64,000 nucleotides of DNA from Longimicrobiales bacterium. Its GTDB lineage: Bacteria; Gemmatimonadota; Gemmatimonadetes; Longimicrobiales; Gaopeijiaceae. Below the pieces are notes generated by a model. The model worked only from the letters and a program-made list of their open reading frames with translations. It searched no databases and had not been told where the DNA came from. Numbering within the stretch: position 1 is the stretch's first letter; the number at the start of each line of letters is the position of its first letter. Position numbers and translations under genes: made by a program. Shown one piece after another: positions 41,485-50,880 of this stretch. The DNA lies in the NCBI GenBank assembly GCA_965238005.1, contig OZ250165.1:3392001-3456000 (forward strand). The letters run 5' to 3'.

Positions 41485-41855
41485 GACATCTGTCCCGGAA
41501 GAAGGTTGGGAAAGGTCGTCCGTCCGCGGCCATTCAGCCAGTGTGGTGTTGCAGAAGTTCGCGAGCCACCGAGAGTGCCGAGGCGCCGGATCCGGGGTAC
41601 CCCCGCCGTTAGGCGTGGGTCAGGCGCGACGACGAGGAATAGCAACGCGGGCACCGCGGCCGAAGGCCGTGGTCCGAGGAGGAGGAACGCCGCAGGGCCG
41701 GATGCATCGGTGCTCGAGCCGAGCGACCTTCATGCTCGTCGTGAGCGCCCAGTTGACCGCGAGACGATCGAGCGCAGCGAGATCAATGGCCGAGACACTT
41801 CTGGGACACCACACTAGGACCTCCAGCACACACCCTCTGACCGGAACTCATCAAG

Positions 41856-43025
41856 GTGGAACGTAGCGCGGTGGTAGTCGTCGGCGGGGGTGTCTTCGGG
41901 GCCACCGCCGCCCTGGAGCTACGGGCCCGCGGGCACGCGGTGACGCTCCTGGACCCGGGGCCCCTTCCCCATCCCGACGCCAGCTCCACCGACATCAGCA
42001 AGGTCATCCGCGCCGACTACGGCCCGGACACCTTCTACGCCCGGCTGGTCCGGCAGTGCATCGACAGATGGCACGAGTGGAACGCGGAGGCCGGCCGGAC
42101 GCTCTATCACGAGACGGGGTTTCTCGTCCTGGCGCGGGAGGGGATGCGGCCCGGTGGCTTCGAGCACGACAGCTGGGAGGTGTTGGCCGGGCTGGGGCAT
42201 CCGATCGAGAGGCTCGCCCCCGGAGAGTTCACCCGTCGCTTCCCGGCCTGGAAGGAGGACTGTTACGCGGACGGGTACTTCAACCGCCGAGCCGGGTGGG
42301 CGGAGAGTGGCAGCGTGGTTTCGTGGCTCCTCACCAAGGCCCGGGACGCCGGTGTGCGCGTCGTGGAGGGGCAGACAATGGAGGCCCTCCGGGAGGACGG
42401 CTCACGCGTCTCGGGCATCGTGACCGACGGCAGCGAAGAGCACTCCGCAGATGTGGTCGTGGTTGCCGCGGGCGCGTGGACACCCACGCTGCTTCCATGG
42501 CTGACCGATGTGCTCTGGTGCGTGGGGCAACCGGTCTACCACTTCCGACCGCCGGATCTGGAGCCGTTCCGCCCGGAGCGCTTCCCACCCTGGAGCGCAG
42601 ACATCGCCAACACGGGCTGGTACGGCTTTCCCGTACAGCCCGACGGGACCTTGAAGATCGCCAATCACGGCGACGGGATCCGGATCGATCCCCGCAGCGA
42701 AAAGGTGGTCCCACCGGAAAACGACGAGAAGTTTCGAGGATTCCTGCGCGAAACGTTGGAGGGGATCGCCGACGCCCCGATCCTCAAACGGCGCCTCTGC
42801 CTCTACTGCGACACGTGGGACGGCGACTTCTGGATCGACCGGGATCCCGATCGTGAGGGACTGGTCGTGGCCGCCGGCGGCAGCGGCCACGGCTTCAAGT
42901 TCGCCCCTATGCTGGGCGAGATCATCGCCGATGTCGTGGAGGGCAAGGAGAATACTTGGGCCTCACGCTTCCGCTGGAGGACTCCCGGTGCGATCAAGAC
43001 CGAGGCGGCGCGATACACGAGCTGA
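41856..43025 (+). CDS. FAD-dependent amine oxidase (sarcosine / pipecolate / fructosyl-amino acid oxidase family)
   Basis: VVGGGVFG, SSTDISKVIR, CLYCDT, GGSGHGFKF. Confidence 0.88.
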   Translation: MERSAVVVVGGGVFGATAALELRARGHAVTLLDPGPLPHPDASSTDISKVIRADYGPDTFYARLVRQCIDRWHEWNAEAGRTLYHETGFLVLAREGMRPGGFEHDSWEVLAGLGHPIERLAPGEFTRRFPAWKEDCYADGYFNRRAGWAESGSVVSWLLTKARDAGVRVVEGQTMEALREDGSRVSGIVTDGSEEHSADVVVVAAGAWTPTLLPWLTDVLWCVGQPVYHFRPPDLEPFRPERFPPWSADIANTGWYGFPVQPDGTLKIANHGDGIRIDPRSEKVVPPENDEKFRGFLRETLEGIADAPILKRRLCLYCDTWDGDFWIDRDPDREGLVVAAGGSGHGFKFAPMLGEIIADVVEGKENTWASRFRWRTPGAIKTEAARYTS

Positions 43026-43068
43026 CCGGTCGGACTACCTGAGAATCGCTGAGGCCTGTTGAAGGCCT

Positions 43069-43827
43069 CTAGGGAACCGTGATCCACGCCCAGTCCCAAC
43101 CCTCCAGACCCCTTCGATTGACGGCCTTCACCCCGATCTGCGAGCCCGTCAGGACGTCTTCCAGGAGAGCCCGGGGAGCCTCGCCGGCGAGCGTCGTGAC
43201 CTGCTCCTCCGCCTCGGATCCATCTGCCCGCGTATACCGGAGGCGGTAGTCCTCGACGCCGCTCTCGGCCGCCGCCGCCCAGGTCAGCTGCACCCCTACA
43301 CGACTCCGCCGCACCTCAAGTCCGGAGAGACGGGCCGGACTCAACGCCAGCAGCATGATGGTGGCGACGGTGGTCCGGCTCACCTCGGCCACGAGCTGGT
43401 GATTGATGGTGGAGAGGCGGTCCGATGCCTGGTGGTAGTTGGGCTCCAGATCGCGGTAGACCATGCGGAGCGGCGCCTCCTCGAGCCCCTCCATGGCCTC
43501 ACCGGTGGAGAAGTTGTGAAGGTGCCAGAAGGTGAGCGCGTCCCCTTCGAGGGTATAGGTGCCTCCCTCGGCCGAGCCTCTCTTGATCTCACCCTCCTCG
43601 TCGACCACGAAGAACACGACCTGCCAGTCGGACTCGGTGAAGAAGATCCGCCCATCCACCCGGTGCTCCGCGCCGGCCTTCATGATGTATCTCTCCGCGT
43701 TCCAGGCGCCCCGGACGTCGGTGTTTTGGGCCGACAAGGGTACGGACGCGGAAGCCACGGCAACGGCCGCCAGCATGGCCGTCCAACCGAAAGCGCGTGT
43801 GAGTACCCTTTTCTCTGCTCTGCTCAT
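43069..43827 (-). pseudogene. Probable chimeric ORF: secreted beta-rich domain fused to the C-terminus of an M28-peptidase-like/FN3 protein
   Basis: Signal peptide and beta-rich domain, then abrupt EPNYHQASD... (M28 C-terminal His motif) and an FN3-like tail with no catalytic core. Confidence 0.5.
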
Positions 43828-43890
43828 GAAATGCGTCCTGCGAAAAAATGCGCCCTACGAAGACGTTTCACATGCGACTCCCCACCCGGA

Positions 43891-44169
43891 TCAGCCCGGA
43901 GGGTTCCCCAGGTCCATGATCACCTTCCACGAGCCATCGAGCTGCCTGCGCCAAACACTGACGTACAGGCCGTGGCCCACCGGAGCATCGCCAGCTACGT
44001 CACGGGTACGGACGAGGGCCCCAGAGACCAGGCTCGAGAGGTGTTCGATATGCTCCGGAGTGAGCTGGAGGACTACCAGCGGCAGATGGAGGCCCTCACA
44101 GTGGAGGACGTGGCTCGTTTCAACCGACTTCTGGACGACCGGGGGATCGAGCCCATCGGCCAGAACTAG
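43891..44169. pseudogene. Two back-to-back C-terminal gene fragments
   Basis: Minus 43965-43891 reads YVSVWRRQLDGSWKVIMDLGNPPG* (DUF4440/SnoaL-like end); plus ~43985-44169 reads a coiled C-terminus GPRDQAREVF...DVARFNRLL; neither has a plausible N-terminus. Confidence 0.5.
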
Positions 44170-44390
44170 CGTCGCCTGAGCAGTACCGAAAGGACGATGC
44201 CGGCGGCTATGGCCAATCCGAGTACGGTCTTCGCCGTCTCGCTGAGCCGGTCTTCGAGCTCCTCGATGGCCTCACGGCCAGTGGGAGCCGACGGGTCTTG
44301 ACTGATATGCACCGCGCAGAAGTCGGAGCCCTCGAGGGCGTTGAGCCGACACTGCGTCCCCTTCTTCGTCGTAGCGTTACAGCGTGCCAC
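44166..44390 (-). CDS. Small protein with Cys/His zinc-finger-like motif (DUF5763-like) and C-terminal membrane anchor
   Basis: CNATTKKGTQC...FCAVH; RBS GAGGAGG; hydrophobic C-terminus ending RRR. Confidence 0.7.
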   Translation of the reverse strand: MARCNATTKKGTQCRLNALEGSDFCAVHISQDPSAPTGREAIEELEDRLSETAKTVLGLAIAAGIVLSVLLRRR

Positions 44391-44521
44391 TGACCAACCT
44401 CCTCACCCTGTCGGGCTTGCTCGACGCCCGGTGTCAGTAGTCCCACATCAAATATACGTACGACTCGACGGTCCTGATTCATCATGACGTGATGTGAGGT
44501 GGTGGAAAAGGGCCCAAATCC

Positions 44522-46078
44522 CTACGAGCTGAACTCGATTCCCTGGGCCAAGGGCAACTCGGTGCCCCAGTTCACCGTGTTGGTCTGGCGGCGCATGTAC
44601 GCCTTCCAGGCATCGGAGCCGGACTCCCGACCGCCACCCGTCTCCTTCTCGCCCCCGAAAGCGCCGCCGATCTCGGCGCCGCTCGTGCCGATGTTCACGT
44701 TCGCGATCCCGCAGTCGCTCCCGCGGTGCGACAGGAAGTACTCGGCCTCGCGAACGTGGTCCGTGAAGATCGCCGAGGAGAGCCCCTGGGGAACGCCGTT
44801 GTGGATGGCCATGGCTTCGTCGAGCTCGTCCACCGCCTCCCCGGGAGACGAAAACGCATCGCCGTACCCGATGATGTAGAGAATCGGAGCGAAGGTCTCT
44901 TCCTGGATGATGTCGTACTCGTTCTTGGCGGTAGCGATGCAGGGGGTCACGTAGTGCCCGCCGGGGTATTCATCTCCTTCCAGGCGCTCGCCACCGTAAA
45001 GGATCTCCCCGCCTTCCTCCTGCACGCGCCGGACGGCACCCTCGAGATCGTCCACGGCTCCTCGGTTCACGAGCGGCCCCATGAGCGTATCGGCCTCCCG
45101 GGGGTCTCCGATCCGGACTCCCTCGTAGGCGGCCGTGAGCCGGGCCACAAGCTCCTCACGCACGGACTCGTGGACGATGATGCGCCGCGTGCTGGTGCAG
45201 CGCTGCCCGGCAGTACCCACCGAGCCGAAGAGGATACCGGACAACGCCAGGTCCAGGTTGGCATGAGGGGTCACGATGATGGCGTTGTTGCCGCCGAGCT
45301 CGAGGATGGTGCGTCCCAACCGCTTGCCGACGACCTCGGCCACCCGATAGCCTACGGCGCAGCTTCCGGTGGCTGACACCAGGGGCACTCGGCGATCGTG
45401 GAGAACCCGGTCACCAACGGTCGCCCCCTTCCCCACCGTCAGGGAGAAGACGGCCGGGTCGACTCCGTTCTCCTCACAGACCGCCTGGGCGATCTTCGTC
45501 ACGGCGATGGCCGTGAGGGGCGTCTGGCTGGCCGGCTTCCACAGGACCGAATCACCACAGACGGAGGCCAGGGCTGCATTCCAGCTCCACACGGCCACCG
45601 GAAAGTTGAAGGCGCTGATCACGCCCACCACTCCCAGCGGATGCCACTGCTCCATCATGCGATGGTCCTGGCGCTCCGACGCGATGGTGAGCCCGTAGAG
45701 CTGCCGGGAGAGCCCCGTGGCGAAGTCGCAGATATCGATCAGCTCCTGGACCTCACCCTCACCCTCGGCCTGGATCTTGCCCATCTCCAGGGTGACCAGA
45801 GCACCCAGATCGGACTTCAACGCACGGAGTCGCTCTCCCAACTGCCGGACGAGATCGCCCCTCCTGGGTGCCGGCACGGTCCGCCAGTGGAGGAAGGCCT
45901 CATGGGCCCGGTCCACGATCCGGTCATATTCGTCCTCGGTGACCTGCTGAACGGTCGCGATGTTCGATCCATCGATGGGGGTGGTGACCTCGAGCTCGGG
46001 GCCCGAGCCCATCCATTCTCCGCAGAATCCGCCGAGGTTGCGCTCCTCGATGCCGAGACTCTTCAGGACATCGCTCAT
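44522..46078 (-). CDS. ALDH7-family aldehyde dehydrogenase (piperideine-6-carboxylate / aminoadipate-semialdehyde dehydrogenase)
   Basis: SAFNFPVAVWSWN, LELGGNNA, GTAGQRCT, NIGTSGAEIGGAFGGEKETGGGRESGSD. Confidence 0.93.
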   Translation of the reverse strand: MSDVLKSLGIEERNLGGFCGEWMGSGPELEVTTPIDGSNIATVQQVTEDEYDRIVDRAHEAFLHWRTVPAPRRGDLVRQLGERLRALKSDLGALVTLEMGKIQAEGEGEVQELIDICDFATGLSRQLYGLTIASERQDHRMMEQWHPLGVVGVISAFNFPVAVWSWNAALASVCGDSVLWKPASQTPLTAIAVTKIAQAVCEENGVDPAVFSLTVGKGATVGDRVLHDRRVPLVSATGSCAVGYRVAEVVGKRLGRTILELGGNNAIIVTPHANLDLALSGILFGSVGTAGQRCTSTRRIIVHESVREELVARLTAAYEGVRIGDPREADTLMGPLVNRGAVDDLEGAVRRVQEEGGEILYGGERLEGDEYPGGHYVTPCIATAKNEYDIIQEETFAPILYIIGYGDAFSSPGEAVDELDEAMAIHNGVPQGLSSAIFTDHVREAEYFLSHRGSDCGIANVNIGTSGAEIGGAFGGEKETGGGRESGSDAWKAYMRRQTNTVNWGTELPLAQGIEFSS

Positions 46079-46179
46079 GGGTTTCCCTTTTATGGATATG
46101 GCCGGTCACGAACCCGTGTCCGGCCGAGTCGCCTTCGGCGAGAGGCAGCAGGTAAGATCGGCCGATCCCGTCGGGGTGT

Positions 46180-47997
46180 CTATCTGAGCGAATCGAGGAG
46201 CCGGCGAGCCTCCTCCGTTGCCAGCGCGAGGGCCTCCAACAGCCGGTTCCGCTCTCTCACCAGAGTCGTTTCGGCGAAGAGATAGCGATCGCTGGCCGGA
46301 TCTTCCTCGGCCAGGATCTCCACCGGCGCCAACCCGGGTAGCAGGCCCACGGCGAAGCCGGGATCCGGATGGAACGGGTCCACTGGATCGTAGGTCACGC
46401 GGTAGATGGGGCGAAGGACCCGCAGGATCGCCCGGTCGATCTCGGCCCCCTCGTGTCCGGGCAAAGCTCCCTGCACCTGGCGCACCACGTCCACGAGAGC
46501 CGCATGCACGTCCATTGCCACGCTCAGATCGAAGTGATCCCCCGCCGTCGCGGCCCTCGAAGCGATGAGCTCGCCCAGCGCTTCCACCTCCGCCACCAGG
46601 TCGATGGGGAGGACCGGATCGGCCAAGAGGTGAGCGAGGGCCTGGACGTACAGGCCCGCGTCCGTCTCGAGAACCTCGAAATCGATCTTGTCGAATGTGT
46701 CGTCGGGGGTGTGCCACCACCAATACCCGCCGTCTTCCGCCAACCGGGAGTGGTTGAACTGGAGAAGCGGCAGCCCGACGCCGTTGAAGGCCTGATCGGA
46801 GTCCCGTCCCGGCGTTCGCGTCCTGATCTGCTCACCCGCGACAGGCCCGGCTACGTCCCGGGCGAGACCGGCCAGAGCGGCCGTGGTAGTAGCGCTGAAG
46901 CGCTTGGCGTCCATCTGGCCCAGGCCGTCGATGTTGAGGTAGGCCACCGCCCGGTCCCGAAGCTCCTCGAAGAAGTGATCGGCAAACCAGGTGGAGCCGG
47001 CGTAGCGAGCGTTGCTGTGCCCTGGCCACCAGGCCACCACGAGACCGCGACGGAGCAGTTGGCGATTGGCGTAGATCGCCTTCGTAAGCTCCGCCATGGA
47101 CGCGTTGGCCGCCCCCTCGTCCGTGCCCGCGTGATACCATCCGTCGATGTGGCCGCCGAAGAGGACGTAGGGCGAGTCCGGGTCCGGGCCCGGGATCCGC
47201 ACGACGGCCAGACGGAGAGGCTTTCGCCCAGTGGTGACCTCGGCGCTGATGCGCACCCGTACGGGCCCGCGGGCCAGCCGCTCCCGCAGGGCGTCACCCC
47301 CGCTCTTGGCGACCTGAACCACTGGAATCTCCGGGAGACGCTGGTAGTTGCGGAGGGAGGGCGTCCCCCAGGTCGACGTCACGATGAGGTCGTTCAGCCG
47401 CTCCACGGGGTTGCTGAAGATCACGCCCGCGGCGCCCAGGAGCTCGAGCGCCGCGGTGGGAATGTTCCTCGGCTGCCCCTCCACCAACACGATGGCGCCC
47501 TGGGCTCGGCGGAGGTTCTCTGGCAGGTCGGCGGACTGTCCGGCGTCGCCCTCGAGAGCCAGGAGCTCACCGGTGCCGACCTCCAGCCGCGGCAGATCCG
47601 CGAGCGTCCCGAAGTCCACGAGGGGGGCTAGGACCCCGTCGGAGGAACCCGAAAAGGCCATGGTGATGGCCTCGAGGGAGAGATCCTCGGCCGGAACCTC
47701 CACCGACGCCGAGACGGGATCGCTGGCGTAGGTGTCGAAGGTGTGCACCTCCACAGGCACACCACTCTCCCGGAGAGACGCCACGATGGAGTCGATGGCG
47801 GCGTTCTCGCCGGGGCTCCCGGAGGGACGCTCGTAGTGCACGATCGCCCGGGCCAGACGCTCGAGGCCCTCGAGCGTGACGTCCTCCTGAACGGCCGTCG
47901 CCAGCTCATCGGATCGAGACGGCTGGGCGGACGGGGTGCACGCGGCGGTCGCGAGCACGGAGAGGAGCAACGATCCCCGAAGGGCGGTGAAACGCAT
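46180..47997 (-). CDS. M28-family peptidase lipoprotein with PA-like insert
   Basis: Lipobox-like LATAAC; GHIDGW, GTDE, WPGHS, LNID, WWWHT. Confidence 0.8.
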   Translation of the reverse strand: MRFTALRGSLLLSVLATAACTPSAQPSRSDELATAVQEDVTLEGLERLARAIVHYERPSGSPGENAAIDSIVASLRESGVPVEVHTFDTYASDPVSASVEVPAEDLSLEAITMAFSGSSDGVLAPLVDFGTLADLPRLEVGTGELLALEGDAGQSADLPENLRRAQGAIVLVEGQPRNIPTAALELLGAAGVIFSNPVERLNDLIVTSTWGTPSLRNYQRLPEIPVVQVAKSGGDALRERLARGPVRVRISAEVTTGRKPLRLAVVRIPGPDPDSPYVLFGGHIDGWYHAGTDEGAANASMAELTKAIYANRQLLRRGLVVAWWPGHSNARYAGSTWFADHFFEELRDRAVAYLNIDGLGQMDAKRFSATTTAALAGLARDVAGPVAGEQIRTRTPGRDSDQAFNGVGLPLLQFNHSRLAEDGGYWWWHTPDDTFDKIDFEVLETDAGLYVQALAHLLADPVLPIDLVAEVEALGELIASRAATAGDHFDLSVAMDVHAALVDVVRQVQGALPGHEGAEIDRAILRVLRPIYRVTYDPVDPFHPDPGFAVGLLPGLAPVEILAEEDPASDRYLFAETTLVRERNRLLEALALATEEARRLLDSLR

Positions 47998-48349
47998 GGG
48001 AAACCTCCTTACACGCGCGGGCACGATGCTGTCGGGCTGGAATGCCAGGGCGAATGAACCACTCCATTAAGCGACTAAGCGAGTTCGGTAGAATACGTTG
48101 GACCACCCCATCTGGCGACGGCTGCGAACTCTGGCGCGTCACTACGGTATGACAGGCGTCGTCGCCCAAGGGGCCAAGTGGAATCGCCGGCGGATGGGAC
48201 GGCGAGAGGTGCGATCCATCTGTCGCCGGCCGCCATTCGCAGGAGTCTAGCGTCCCGTTCTCCCGCGACGAAGCTGGTATGGATAACAGGAGAGAGGCGG
48301 CCCGGAGGTGGATCACGGAGCCCCTCGAGAACTCGAAGGAGGGGTAGAC

Positions 48350-49534
48350 GTGAAGACAGAATCCAGGATCCTGAACACCGCCTCCATTCACGCCGGCTCG
48401 AGGCGACCTCGAGTGGACGGCGCGGTCGTGATGCCCGTGTTCCGCTCGAGCACGTACGAGTATCACGGGGAGAGCTACCACGACGTGAGGTACCTCCGCC
48501 TGAGCAACAGCCCGAACCATCGGGTTCTCCACGAGCGGATCGCGACCCTCGAGGGCTCGGAGGACGCCCTGTGCACCGGGAGTGGGATGTCGGCCATCTC
48601 GGCCGCACTGCTCACCGTCCTCGCCACAGGCGATCACCTGCTGGTTCAGGACTGCCTGTACGGGGGCACCACGGGCCTGCTCCAGAACGACTTCCCCCGG
48701 TGGGGCATCGGTCACACGGCCATCGATCCGCAGGATCCCGGCTCGTGGGAGGCGATGCTGCAGCCGAACACCAGGGTCATCTACGTAGAGACGCTGACCA
48801 ACCCACTCGTCCAGGTCGCGGACCTGGAGGCCGCGGTGCGCTTCGCCCGGGAGCACCACCTCTTCTCCATCATCGACAACACCTTCGCCAGTCCGGTGAA
48901 CTTCCGCCCGGTCGAGCACGGCTTCGACCTGTCCGTGGAGAGTTGTACCAAGTACATGAACGGGCACAACGACATCGTGGCAGGCTCGATGGCGGGCTCG
49001 GCGGACCTCGTCCGGCGAATCAAGCAAACTCTCGACCACCTGGGAGGGACCCTGGACCCCGACTCGTGCTTCCTGCTGGAGCGGGGCCTCAAGACGCTGG
49101 CGCTCAGGGTCGAGCATCAGAACGCCAGTGCCATGGAGATCGCCCGGTTCCTGGAGACGCATCCCGCGGTGTCGAGGGTGCACCACCCGAGCCTCGAGTC
49201 CCACGCCCAGCACGACCGTGCGGCTCGGCTCTTCGACGGCTTCGGCGGAATGCTCTCCTTCGAGCTAGAGGACGGGGTTCAGTCCGCGGAGGACTTTCTG
49301 ACGGTCCTGACGATCCCCGCCGTGGCGGCCTCCCTGGGCGGAGCCGAATCCCTCATCGTCCGGCCCGCCGCCGCCAGCCACGGCGCCCTCTCACCCGAAG
49401 AGCGCGCCAAGAGTGGAATCACCGACGGGCTGATTCGCTTCTCGGTGGGCCTGGAGGGCACGGCGGATCTGATCGCCGACCTGGAGCGGGCCCTGGACGC
49501 GGCGACGGCAACGCTGTCCGTCAGCAAGAGATGA
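48350..49534 (+). CDS. Cys/Met metabolism PLP enzyme (cystathionine gamma-synthase/lyase or methionine gamma-lyase family)
   Basis: SGMSAI, YGGT, ETLTNP, DNTFASP, SCTKYMNGH, SLGGAESL, RFSVGLE. Confidence 0.92.
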   Translation: MKTESRILNTASIHAGSRRPRVDGAVVMPVFRSSTYEYHGESYHDVRYLRLSNSPNHRVLHERIATLEGSEDALCTGSGMSAISAALLTVLATGDHLLVQDCLYGGTTGLLQNDFPRWGIGHTAIDPQDPGSWEAMLQPNTRVIYVETLTNPLVQVADLEAAVRFAREHHLFSIIDNTFASPVNFRPVEHGFDLSVESCTKYMNGHNDIVAGSMAGSADLVRRIKQTLDHLGGTLDPDSCFLLERGLKTLALRVEHQNASAMEIARFLETHPAVSRVHHPSLESHAQHDRAARLFDGFGGMLSFELEDGVQSAEDFLTVLTIPAVAASLGGAESLIVRPAAASHGALSPEERAKSGITDGLIRFSVGLEGTADLIADLERALDAATATLSVSKR

Positions 49535-49686
49535 TCCCCCCCTGGCTCGAGACCTTCGCGGCCGATCTTGTGGACCGTATCGAGCTGGGCCTCGAAGGGG
49601 ACTGAAGCCGGTCCACCGGCCGCTCCCCACTCTCTGCGGTCCCAGAGGCCCATGGCTCAGCCCCTGATCGGGTGGGACCGTTCCCT

Positions 49687-50667
49687 ATGCGCAAGAAACC
49701 CGATCTCGAGCGATCGCTCGCCAACACTAGCCGCCTCCTGAGACAGAGGGGTTACCGGAATAGGACGGTAGACGTGTACGCGCGATGGCTCCGGCGATTC
49801 GCAGAGGCCCATCCCGGTACCGCGGTAGAGGATCTCACCAGAAGGCACGTGGAGGAGTTCTTGAGCGTTCTCACGGACCAGCGGAGGTTAGCGCCGAAGA
49901 GTCGCAATCAAGCCGCGTCCGCGCTGGCGTTTTTCTTTAGAGAGGTTCTGGGCCGCGATGATCTTGCAGGCATGCCTCGGGCCCGAGAGCCGCAACGAAT
50001 ACCGACAGTGTTATCCCACGGGCAGGCCCGACTCGTGCTCAGCCATCTGTCCGGTAAATATCGACTGCTGGGTTCGCTGATGTATGGCACAGGCGCCCGC
50101 CTGACGGAGTGTCATCAACTGCGGGTGAAGGACATCGACTTCGACCTGGTGCAGATCGCCATACGGGACGGGAAGGGTGCCAAGGACCGTTGGGTCATGC
50201 TTCCCGAGCGGCTCGGCCCGGCGCTACGCCGCCAGGTATCTTGGGTAACGGAACTGCACGAGGAGGACAGACGGCAAGGAGGCGGCTGGGCGCAACTGCC
50301 GGGTGCACTGGATCGCAAGGATCCGCGTGGGGGATACGACCTCGGTTGGCAGTTCCTGTTCCCCGCGAGCCGATGGTCACGTGATCCCGCCACTAACAGG
50401 AAAGGTCGGTACCACCTCCATCCGACAGCGATGCAGAAGCGGATGAAGGAGGCCGCGCGAGCATCCGGCATTGCCAAGCCCGTCACGTGTCACATCCTCC
50501 GCAAATCTTTTGCCACCCAGATGTTTCGGGCCGGATACGACGCGCGTTCCGTGCGGAAGCTCATGGGGCACAGGGACATCCGCACGACAATGATCTACGT
50601 GCAAGCCATCACCGACGCCGGACTGGGCATGCGCAGCCCACTTGATCGACCGGAGGACCGGGACTAG
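49687..50667 (+). CDS. intI: Integron integrase
   Basis: NQAASALAFF, YGTGARLTE, RVKDIDF, GKGAKDR, IntI-specific insert (LPGALDRKDP...WQFLFP), HILR, MGH, TTMIY. Confidence 0.93.
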   Translation: MRKKPDLERSLANTSRLLRQRGYRNRTVDVYARWLRRFAEAHPGTAVEDLTRRHVEEFLSVLTDQRRLAPKSRNQAASALAFFFREVLGRDDLAGMPRAREPQRIPTVLSHGQARLVLSHLSGKYRLLGSLMYGTGARLTECHQLRVKDIDFDLVQIAIRDGKGAKDRWVMLPERLGPALRRQVSWVTELHEEDRRQGGGWAQLPGALDRKDPRGGYDLGWQFLFPASRWSRDPATNRKGRYHLHPTAMQKRMKEAARASGIAKPVTCHILRKSFATQMFRAGYDARSVRKLMGHRDIRTTMIYVQAITDAGLGMRSPLDRPEDRD

Positions 50668-50840
50668 GCTGCCACCTACCAACAGCCCCTCCGACGCAAC
50701 TACCACGTCGCCAGCGCAGCCCAAACCCGAAGGCATGGAGGTCATAAACGGAGGCTGCACCGGGGCTGTCGGGCCCGCGCGGTCTCACCTACGTTGCCGT
50801 TCACGCAGTGGATCCGATTCAGAAGATCAAGAGGATTCGC

Positions 50841-50860
50841 GGTAGAGTTGAAAGTTAGGC
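50841..50860 (+). other. Candidate attI site (R box GTTAGGC at 50854-50860)
   Basis: GTTRRRY core about 190 bp 3' of intI and 20 bp before the first cassette ORF; no attC left arm found upstream. Confidence 0.6.
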
Positions 50861-50880
50861 GGCGCACCCAGGGAGACGAA

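Noticed and set aside
48060..48340. SAM riboswitch upstream of the Cys/Met PLP gene
   Set aside because: No recognisable SAM-I/II/IV consensus elements; an Rfam scan would be needed to exclude others
49531..49605. 24-codon ORF coupled (ATGA) to the Cys/Met gene
   Set aside because: Too short, with no motif; may be a remnant but cannot be supported
50676..50775. attC site between intI and the first cassette
   Set aside because: An imperfect inverted repeat (CAACAGCCCC / GGGGCTGTCG) exists, but no L boxes or properly spaced GTTRRRY
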